Below, in pieces: positions 11,001 to 17,500 of a stretch of 25,444 nucleotides of DNA. Where the stretch lies: the NCBI GenBank assembly GCA_964586355.1, contig CAZPGO010000008.1:1-25444 (forward strand). Direction: 5' to 3'. The DNA is from an uncultured archaeon (GTDB taxonomy: Archaea > Iainarchaeota > Iainarchaeia > Iainarchaeales > CSSED10-239). Every line of letters begins with the position of its first letter. Position 1 is the first letter of the stretch. The position numbers and the translations under genes are program-made. The notes beneath the pieces are model-generated. The model saw only the letters and a list, made by a program, of their open reading frames with translations. It did no database searches and was not told the DNA's origin.

Positions 11001-12469
11001 CCAGTAAATGGTCCAGAAACTACTTCAATATAATATGTATTTTCTGGATTTAGGTTATTAAAAATATGTTTACCATAAATATCTGTTATTCCTGTTTTTA
11101 TTAAAGAATTACTAATAGCATCCATTATTTTTACAGTTGCATCTTCTATTGGTGCTTTGTCTTTGTCTATGATACTTACTATTAATGTATTTTGATTAGT
11201 TGAATCTACACTCTTTAACTTAATCTCTTGAGCAGTTTCTCCAACTGAAACCGTTCTTTGAGAGATTATATAATTATCATTATCAAAATTTGCTAAATAT
11301 GAAGAACTTTCTTTTACTCCAAATCTTACTATTCCATCATTATCTGTTTGTTTTACTTCTTGTATGCTTATTCCTTTTTTTAGAGTTACTTTTACATTTG
11401 GTATTACTTGATTTGTTTCTTGATCAATTGTCTTTAAAATAATAAAACCAACAACATCTTTTCTTAACTCTATTTCAAAATCATTAGATTGGTTTGGCAA
11501 GATTTTTTTTGTGGCTAATAGATTTGTATTATACTCAGTATCTCTAATAGATCCATATAATCCATTTGGATCTGAAACAAATATTTTGTATGTTCTATTT
11601 ACTAGTAAAACATCATTAGAAACATAAATACCATTATCATTTGTAACACCAATATCTGATTCTTGATCTGTTACTACATCTATTATTCTTATATTTAAAT
11701 TTGGGATCCCTAATTTAGAGTCTTTATCTTTTACTAATACACTTAAAGTTCCTTTATCTTGAGATGGAGAACTTAAGTATATGTCTTCTACTTCTTCTGT
11801 TACTTCTAAAGAATAAGGATCAAATTCTCTATTCTCTATATCTACTATTAATTGACCACAATTTACTGGAATATCTGATAACAATAATTCTCCAGAACTT
11901 ACTGTTTCAGAAGCAAAAAAATCTGAATCACTACAACTTATATTAACATGTAAAAGATCATTAATTATTGTTCCATTAGGTGATTTAAAATATATTTTTT
12001 TTGTTAAAAACTGGGTTTTTTGTTCTAGATAAATAGAATTGTTTTTTTCAGTTATTGCTTGTTCTGTAATATTGTTTGCAAATTTATATTTTGAGTCATC
12101 TATTTTTAAAATATGTTCTGCTTTTTTTTCAAAATTTGTTAGTTCAAAGATACCTTGGCTATTTGTTACAGCAACAATTGAAACATTATCAAATAATATA
12201 TCTATTTCTTCTGAGCTAATTGTATTTCCAGTAGAATCTTTAAAAACAAAGTTTATGGAGTCTGCTGGTGTTGATACTACTGGAATTAACAAATAAACTA
12301 TTAAAAAAATTATTGCAAGAAGTAATACTAAAAAAATAGCAAAAGTTGGTATGCCTTTTTTTTCTAAAGGATCTATAATCTTATACAGATTAATTCCTTT
12401 TTCTTCTAGAGTGTCAAGCATCTCAAAATATTTGTCTTCTAATTTATAATATAGATTTTTTAAGCCCAT
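5069..12469 (-). CDS. Giant membrane-anchored surface protein, paralogue 2 (2466 aa); beta-sandwich repeat adhesin-like
   Basis: Track ORF. N-terminus MGLKNLYYKLEDKYFEMLDTLEEKGINLYKIIDPLEKKG|IPTFAIFLVLLLAIIFLIVYLLI. Repeated beta-sandwich signatures, e.g. LIVSIIDKDKAPIEDATVKIMD...TGITDIYGKHIF and GFIILKTIDQETNQVIPNVKVTL...TDNDGIVRF. CARDB-like strands carrying Cys (TLKNDCSVDSAPV, VKNNCADDS, IYNNCRDQGY). SD-like AGGA ends 7 nt before the ATG. Confidence 0.9.
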   Translation of the reverse strand: MGLKNLYYKLEDKYFEMLDTLEEKGINLYKIIDPLEKKGIPTFAIFLVLLLAIIFLIVYLLIPVVSTPADSINFVFKDSTGNTISSEEIDILFDNVSIVAVTNSQGIFELTNFEKKAEHILKIDDSKYKFANNITEQAITEKNNSIYLEQKTQFLTKKIYFKSPNGTIINDLLHVNISCSDSDFFASETVSSGELLLSDIPVNCGQLIVDIENREFDPYSLEVTEEVEDIYLSSPSQDKGTLSVLVKDKDSKLGIPNLNIRIIDVVTDQESDIGVTNDNGIYVSNDVLLVNRTYKIFVSDPNGLYGSIRDTEYNTNLLATKKILPNQSNDFEIELRKDVVGFIILKTIDQETNQVIPNVKVTLKKGISIQEVKQTDNDGIVRFGVKESSSYLANFDNDNYIISQRTVSVGETAQEIKLKSVDSTNQNTLIVSIIDKDKAPIEDATVKIMDAISNSLIKTGITDIYGKHIFNNLNPENTYYIEVVSGPFTGRSISNFTIKEREINEESVILDIGEGTYNLKILDTQDSPVSTDVKVYEVSTNKEMVEKETNTDSEGNAIIRIRSDKSVYFVINNFDRQFITKHYNVEANTILNETIRLPRTTTSSNIEFLGFYTTSGEMVTSISPGQSVIARFVLNVDRDYSKAVAHIRTGAGEGCGSKTYLLEEDFSYIKQINYAGTQINGSSTYTPCLGEGTDLLSFTKKDAKWFNVTINRPLLGSYLIDAEIVIRDIASQNQNVFYRAEFITGNSVSRFPLDSVLETAVSTSSKQSLYAYAKQQPIYVGSSNFCDNGVCYSFSVFDKSTKINRNIIDKFTAKENTDYQLQFRLNVDKTNLQDASLSITSIAQGKTIKLTNYFIESVGAQVINGTNDFDYIEIGNLLVNDYISGNIDLSILNDQSDTLIFSVISNGEVVFTKNILFDVRESKILIGEQIPTVLVPYVPNNILISATHEDQSPVVNADVLILKNGSVIDTGKTDNEGIFAYVLPSVNLGSTIDFVIKKQGYKSVTLTNKVTDQILNITPESLDIQLDISKTYSEKYQISLMNNTILPLYISKIESSLDDDFIDISAYVNTVLLDPAQKIVLDVEAKLNETGIELMTQKVITGELLLYIQENSLSKEWVVKIPVTVRVTFGNSVNNVNCLTIDPIENSLSLVTAEEVAEYSITLKNDCSVDSAPVSLGRIFADLYWSKNKKYGDFSIVALNNEYDLVDNDGVQILPTLKANESVTLKIRFKPKSTLKTMSAEPKIIFRTQRANINGFDNISVDHISNIVMNNYASCLELPKGTVQAMYCAMNQFMGNMYSNNFGYNPMSYDPTTMGYNQQAFGGNIGVPYSGSTFNTMQYPSLGYSQMMNQTNYQNFLDYPTNNTTYTNQFGCPATTLQVKNNCADDSLIKFDAEYGITVLNSNEITVNKNSAANVNIQGGSVLGTYKLSVYAKSVDDTVDDYTYVKDVPVTVTLPISTIPENCIEVPKVEFDFSQLIPKKQRLVIYNNCRDQGYILNNLKIKDIAEIEESGVSYFSIGENIRDLKPIPSTMTKDGKTIEVWSLDVLRKPDIETIKVITKHRTVAERVTATRTGSMQIFESIVKTPILSIGYTNPRMQLQELDKELRFIDNLQWLGLADETGTPFTEQLKDPKKVSEDSKDINTQDQDKFPAVEKGKEPTKGNLDKEALDKFNEETKVTPRELDESLVRYERYNDESGITIKIILNKELFDQEEDFTSFSGTDLKACFTGNISDFKDLGLSDITTKSYIDQQISKKLNLGIFNFGEIISSITFPQKGKYMICISRPYNKLTEDESSIRINDIYFMDQDKSLVKKFFIRNPISWTLGVLKETIYDDIYFSLTTEVGGFASKKTSYLDTSDYTITSDPINQEDGECYGPQAFNGVQGYTSLDKYKEYGFDRLLFTWDLEDITYNTCDYGKYYCDQDQLRVSMSKKVDLLKDSTKYTELIVSNKEDSLNKINFKLQEGTKKLEKDNSTHMIINLQNEIDSKFTESVLAENYHLLLKGIIFDAVPEKLQEFAIITINANLMNDNNFSEITKELFTLEDAQTKGQEKAYYDYELNDKNYYSFSVSVFLDYAYTKINNMVLEDDKDIDLYLQDFLKSMDIYYGVSLDKFIVNTKVYGDLTKDSETHKIFTSGNWGSTLNKFTLKENSIIREITKPQTVLVEFDLDSIESDNVNYTFSDLDRLNDYLNPHNSNQTFKENIFFKTPINALHYNYINNSISLPYVSINTNLLPSGTKKADVYVNYENWNEIQKGYIYTYMVDPQDNYVTSSFADIRPLQLTSTVPLNYNLEYYLSGNYISPTTPIDWFRKTESNKEITSVRKTSIDDVSENGYRLLELNGQKTLFKTTLFVLNNINVSEQNSEQLRIVSTAKLLNNLGVSENFSVTDYYKYIYLIPSNLSTNNNFNLNTSLIKYLIDGKKEIENTESDTENYDSIINNKICFNFEEINGSKIFKLWYNPSYKYNKE
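8357..8602 (-). other. N/Q/Y/M/G-rich low-complexity (prion-like composition) insert in giant 2
   Basis: aa 1290-1371: MNQFMGNMYSNNFGYNPMSYDPTTMGYNQQAFGGNIGVPYSGSTFNTMQYPSLGYSQMMNQTNYQNFLDYPTNNTTYTNQFG. Bracketed by Cys (YCA... / ...GCP). Only two acidic residues (two Asp) and no basic residues across about 80 aa. Confidence 0.7.
10670..12265 (-). repeat. Giant 2: array of diverged beta-sandwich repeats (protein level)
   Basis: aa ~68-600; same recurrent pattern (four or more clear units quoted in the CDS evidence). Boundaries are approximate. Confidence 0.6.
12275..12361 (-). other. Giant 2: KKG-IPTF plus hydrophobic helix (signal-anchor or class III signal-like site)
   Basis: K37-K38-G39 | I-P-T-F-A-I-F-L-V-L-L-L-A-I-I-F-L-I-V-Y-L-L-I-P-V-V (to aa 65). 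Confidence 0.5.
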
Positions 12470-12505
12470 AGATCTTTCCTTTTTTAAAAGTGTTTAATAT
12501 TATTG

Positions 12506-12525
12506 AATATATAATATTATATATT
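12506..12525 (-). promoter_or_regulatory. Perfect 20-bp A/T palindrome upstream of giant 2 (TATA region or operator candidate)
   Basis: aatatataat|attatatatt; the two halves are exact reverse complements. It lies 37-56 nt upstream of the ATG at 12469. Confidence 0.3.
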
Positions 12526-12650
12526 GTTTAAAGTTTAGTTTATAAAGGTTTTTATTTTATCTAATAGATTATTTTCAGGTTAAAATATATTATTAAAGAT
12601 AGGAAATATTTATAAAAGAATACTAGTTAACTGAGAAAAGTTAATTATAT

Positions 12651-14468
12651 TTAATTAACCTCTTTTGCCACACAACTATTTTGAGGACTAGTCAAAATAT
12701 CTGGTACCCCTTTATAATCTAAACAGATCCAATTATCTGTATTATTTGGCTCAGTTAAATAGCCATTAGTAATATAGCCATTAATAGACTCTTTTGTAAA
12801 ATAGCCTGTGTTTGAATCTGTGCTTAAACTAGCAAATCCATTTGTTGGAGGAAAAGTATACTTTGTAAAAGAATCCCTTAACTCTACCCAAATAAAGGTT
12901 TCTTGTGAAGGCAAGGTTCTATAACGATTATCTGTTTCTTTAAATTTTAAAAGAATATTAATATTTTCTAATTCTGAACAACTAAAATTAATAGACTGGC
13001 CAGTAGTTCCAACATAATCTTCACCTATTGAAATAGCAAATGGCCAAGTATTACCAGAAATGCTGTCTAACTCTCTAAAAGTTCTTGCTCTTTGAAGCTC
13101 AGTATTATAAAATATGCCAAAACCTCCTGCTAAAGTATTAGGGGTATCTATTAAAAATTCTTGTGAAGAAAAAGCATTTAAAGAAACTGATTGTGCACTT
13201 TGTTGCTCAATAATTTGTTTTGTTCTTGTTAGTGAAGGTGTTGTAGAGATCTGCAAAATATTAACATCTCCAAACCCATCTAAACCATCACCAGAGAGCA
13301 TCTCTAGACCATTATTAAAAACTATTGTTTCGGTATCCAGGGCAGATCTTTCCATTAAATTTAACTTAGTTGTTCTTTCAATTAATTTATTAAAAATTGC
13401 TGAACTATCTGTAGCTAAATTATCTAAATTATAGTTCATACTTACAGAAGGTGTATAGTTGGAAAAACCGCCAGAAGGGGTCACTGGCCTAATCTCAACG
13501 GCTTGTTCACTAGGACTTAAACAAGATGCACTAAAACCATCAGCAGAAACAGTTTTAAAAAGATCTTTTCTATAATCACAAGACTGAGGCTCACAAACCC
13601 CAAGTCTTGCCTGCTCTAAGGTGTTATGAATTTTTGGATTAAATAGCCCTACATCAGAAGCACCATTACTATTAAAATAACCAGGATTATCACTAATCTC
13701 AGCGTCAGTACTATGAGCAATTCTTCTTGCTGTTCTAAGTGCTTGAAATCCTCTCCAAGGCATATATATTTTATAAACTTGTCTTCCAAATATCGGTCTT
13801 TGAATAACATCTTGACTTTTATGTCTTAAAACATTTATTTTTGGTAATAGCTCATAGTTTTCATCAGAGAGTTGAGTTGCATCAATTGTTATATAAAAAG
13901 ATCCAGTACATTCTTCTGGATTATCATTACTACAATTAACAACATCTATTTTATTTCCTCCATCTAAAAACATTTGATTAACAATATCTTTATATCTTTC
14001 ACCATTAGATTCCAAACTTCCAGAAGTTGTGTCTTCTTCTAATTGCTCTAAAACTAGTTTATACCCTGGAGGTTCAACAGTATATTGAAGTCTTAATAAT
14101 AAAGCAGTTGCAAAATATCCAGCAAAGTTCATAGAAAAAAATTGTTTGTTTGCCATTATTTGTACAAAATCTGACCAATTGGTATCAAGCTCACTTCTAT
14201 CTAAAATAATTCTTTGATCTTGACTAGAATTTGCTGTTTCCCAATTAAATCTTAGAGCAACAATAAAACTATCAAAAGCATCTGCTCTTGCTAGATCTCC
14301 AATAGTAATAAGATCTGACATTGATGATTGATTGGCTATTACTGATAAATAAGTTTCTTCTGTTTTTATCATATTAAATAATAAAACTAAAGTTACAGAT
14401 ATTAATAATAAGGAGACTAATGCTGTAAATAAAGTAAAACCTTTTTTATTATTTATTTCTAAAAACAT
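12651..14468 (-). CDS. Type IV pilin-like protein with class III (prepilin-type) signal; large minor-pilin/tip-pilin-like (605 aa)
   Basis: Track ORF. N-terminus MFLEINNKKG|FTLFTALVSLLLISVTLVLLFNMIK is a short basic leader, a Gly at the predicted cleavage site and a ~21-aa hydrophobic helix. No Glu at +5, as in archaeal pilins and in bacterial GspK/PilX-type minor pilins. It is followed by a ~570-aa domain with several Cys pairs. The function call comes from the N-terminal motif only. Confidence 0.7.
   Translation of the reverse strand: MFLEINNKKGFTLFTALVSLLLISVTLVLLFNMIKTEETYLSVIANQSSMSDLITIGDLARADAFDSFIVALRFNWETANSSQDQRIILDRSELDTNWSDFVQIMANKQFFSMNFAGYFATALLLRLQYTVEPPGYKLVLEQLEEDTTSGSLESNGERYKDIVNQMFLDGGNKIDVVNCSNDNPEECTGSFYITIDATQLSDENYELLPKINVLRHKSQDVIQRPIFGRQVYKIYMPWRGFQALRTARRIAHSTDAEISDNPGYFNSNGASDVGLFNPKIHNTLEQARLGVCEPQSCDYRKDLFKTVSADGFSASCLSPSEQAVEIRPVTPSGGFSNYTPSVSMNYNLDNLATDSSAIFNKLIERTTKLNLMERSALDTETIVFNNGLEMLSGDGLDGFGDVNILQISTTPSLTRTKQIIEQQSAQSVSLNAFSSQEFLIDTPNTLAGGFGIFYNTELQRARTFRELDSISGNTWPFAISIGEDYVGTTGQSINFSCSELENINILLKFKETDNRYRTLPSQETFIWVELRDSFTKYTFPPTNGFASLSTDSNTGYFTKESINGYITNGYLTEPNNTDNWICLDYKGVPDILTSPQNSCVAKEVN
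14376..14447 (-). other. Pilin-like protein: class III signal peptide cleavage motif plus hydrophobic helix
   Basis: K8-K9-G10 | F-T-L-F-T-A-L-V-S-L-L-L-I-S-V-T-L-V-L-L-F (to aa 31). Confidence 0.6.
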
Positions 14469-14520
14469 TCTTTTTCAAAAATATAAGTTAATGAAAATAT
14501 TTATAAAATAGAAAGAAAAG

Positions 14521-17500
14521 TTAAGCGTATTTTGGAGAATTATAGGAAGTTACAGCAGAATACTGTGGATAACCACTAGAAGGAATAAGAATTGAGTGTA
14601 TTGATCTTCCTGCTGAAACATAACTATCTAAATATTGATAACTGGATTTATCTACTGATTGATGTAAAAACAGATCTCTTCCTTGTTGATCTTTTCCAAC
14701 ATATAAAACAATATGGCTTGGTTGAGAATATTTACTGCCAGGTATATTAATATTAATCAAAACACCAGGAACAAGATGTTCTTTATAACTTTCAGTATTC
14801 TGACCAGCTCTCCAAACAACTTTATTTGAAGAACCCATAAACCAAGAATGATTAAGTATATAACTTAGATTATATATTTTTTTTGCAGCCTCTACAGAAA
14901 ATCTAGAACACATACGTTCTCCCCAGCTTTCTGAAAAATCAGCACATTGTCCTGGAAAACTACACCCAGTATATTTTTGTATAAGATCTTTTTTTTGTAA
15001 ATATCCTTCTTTTTGAATTTCTTCTAGATCTAAACTACTTATACTTTCATTATCTAAATCCAAACCACCATTCACACTAGATAAATTATTTGCTTCTCTT
15101 TGAGCCCTTTCTATTTCTTCAGCCAGCATTTCCTCTACCATCTCTTCAGTACTTATTTCTGATTTATCATATTCAACAGCACCTAGGTTTGTTAAAGACC
15201 TTTTTATGTTTTCTTCAGTTATTTTGTTATTAGCTTTTTTATAAACCACATTATCTGCTTTATCATTAATAGGAGACTCTAAAGAAATTTTTAAAATATA
15301 ACTTTCTTTTCCTGCTGAGTTTTTTGTTCTATATACTAAAATATAATAAAATTTATTTTTAGAAAAACTTGTAATATTGTCACTATCAGTTGATTGAACA
15401 ATAGAATGTTCAAGATTGCCAATCTCTCCATCCTCCTTTAAAGCAGAAAGACCATACATATTACCAACAATACCACAAGCAATACCTTTTGCCATTCCAC
15501 CCCACTTTCTAAATCCAAATTTCCAGTTTACTTTTGAGGATTTAAGATTGCTTGTTTTTTGAATAACATCATCAATATTTTTAGTAAGATCATCTGAGAT
15601 CGAAACAACTTTTTGACCATTAACAGTTGTTGTTCCTGTTTTTATAGCATCGTCTACTCCATTTCTAGCATTTTTCAAAGTATTTTGAGCATCTAAAAGA
15701 TCTGCTTTTGTTTTAGTTAATTTGTCTAAATTTGTATTTGCGGATTTGTTTCTAGTAGCATAATTTTCTATCTTTGAAATTTCTTTATCTAATTTAGCTA
15801 TATCATCACTAACTGTTTTAAGAGCATCATCTAATTGTGTTAAGCCCTTTTGAGCATCATCTACAGATATTGCTCTGGTTACTGTGGATGCAACATCGCC
15901 TGCTTCAGCAGCTATTGATGTATGACCGCTTTTTTGTAATAATCTATCAACTAATCTTTTTACATCTGGGGTTCCTCTCCCAGCATTTTGTGGATTAGAA
16001 AAATATGCTGGATTTCCAACACTTGGATCTGCTGCAGGATTATTAAATGTTTTTGATAATATTTTTGCAAGATCATAGCTATCATCAGCAGAAAGAGCCA
16101 TAAAATCATCTACATTATTAACTTGTCCCATAATTCTTGCTAAATCATCAGCATCAGAAGGATCTGGTTGGAAAATGTTTTTTAAACCTCCACTTTCTCC
16201 TTTTAATGATTCTATCCAGCCACCTTTTACTTGGCTTTTTAATGCTGCTTCTGAAAGAGAATAACTTGGGTTAATTGCTGGAGTATAAAGTGTAGAACCA
16301 CCAGAAGTTCCAGGAATAGTAATATTTGTTGTTGGAATTGCTGAGATACCAGAAGTTGGCAAATCAAAATTACTTATTATTTTTGAAGAACCAGCAGCCA
16401 TATAAGGAGATGTTGTAGATCTTAATATTTTTGTGTATCCTGCTTGATCAGCACCAGCAGAAGCAACACCAAGAACAGATCCGCCTTTTAAGGCATTCAT
16501 AGACTCTAAGAAAGGATCTTCTTCCTCTTCTATAGCACCTTCTATTTGATCAATAGTTAATTCTTGAGCTCCATTAGTCCCTAGACCAAAAAGATCTCCA
16601 ATATCAGACATAACACCCTCGACCCATTCAAAAGCTGTTGAAAAACCTTTTCCAAGTCCTGCAAGACCAGTTTTTAAAGCATTTAATAAACCCCAATCAT
16701 TACCAGTTACTTGAGAAGCATAATAAACACCAGCAGGCATACCACAAGTAAATATTCCACAATCTAAAACAATATTTTTTAGAGCTAAAGGTATAGTCAT
16801 ACCTCCACTTACTATTGCTAAAAGAGTATCCCCTGCTGCTGAACACATAGAACAAGATTTAAAACAACTTCCAAAAAATTTAAAAGTATTATCTCTTGCC
16901 TTTGATTTTGCCACAGAACTTGCAGCACTACTTATCTCAAGATCTGGACACCAATCCTTTATTACAAAGAAATTTTGTGCTTTAAAATTTTTTTCTATAA
17001 ACTTTTTTAAAATCTCACATTGTGTTTCAGTATCTCTTGGAGAATAAGTATCATCCCAATCAACCAAAGCAAAAAACTCAAAAGTATCTAATTCTGATCC
17101 TGACACTGAATTATTCTGAACTTCTTTATTAATTGTTTCAAATAATTCCAAAGGAGTTAATGCAAAAGAAATTAGATCTAACTCTAAGGTCTTTGCTCTT
17201 AGACCCATGGCACTAGACTCTCTAAATTTACTAGTTGCTGTTATCTTTAACTTATTACTAATTTCTGAAGTTAAGCTTTCTAAAGAAGGAACAACACAAA
17301 CATTAAAGTCCACTGTTTTTTCTGGCTGTAAGGATACTGATAAAGCATCATGTTCTTTTCCTTGATAGTTATAAGTAACATTAAGAGTACTCTCTTCATT
17401 ATTAACTAAAACAGTTTCATTAATAGTTGAACTTAGTTCTAAAGTTTTACAAACTTTTTCTGGTTCTAATCTTATGTTGTTTACTTTATCTTTTGCAGTT

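Noticed and set aside
5659-12296. Seven plus-strand ORFs of 60-92 aa inside giant 2 (5659-5847, 5961-6158, 7353-7535, 7728-7931, 8868-9146, 11764-11946, 12039-12296)
   Set aside because: All are fully nested antisense to a 2466-aa ORF with clear domain structure. Their products are L/F/I/S-rich low-complexity strings, as expected from reading the reverse of an AT-rich gene. None has a plausible start context.
12627-12644. Hairpin ttaac-N8-gttaa just after the pilin-like gene stop as an intrinsic terminator
   Set aside because: The stem is only 5 bp and A/T-dominated, with an 8-nt loop. That is too weak to call and is expected by chance in this composition.
13114-13434. Plus-strand 106-aa ORF inside the pilin-like gene
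   Set aside because: It is antisense to and nested in a 605-aa ORF with a recognisable N-terminal signal. It has no recognisable motif and no upstream promoter or SD.
11513-15000. Other T8/A8 homopolymers inside coding regions (e.g. 11513-11520, 12356-12363, 14877-14884, 14989-14996; also 1260-1267) as phase-variation sites
   Set aside because: They are frequent, explained by AAA Lys and TTT Phe codon runs in an AT-rich genome, and scattered without positional logic. Only the A10 at the very 5' end of giant 1 was kept, as a low-priority finding.
16843-16866. The CX3CX2C motif (CFKSCSMC) as a radical-SAM Fe-S cluster site
   Set aside because: The spacing matches, but the context does not. 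It sits ~2070 aa into a presumably extracellular protein, is followed directly by hydrophobic Gly/Cys-rich segments, and lacks any flanking TIM-barrel or SAM-binding motif. Disulfide, metal or lipid-related roles are more likely.
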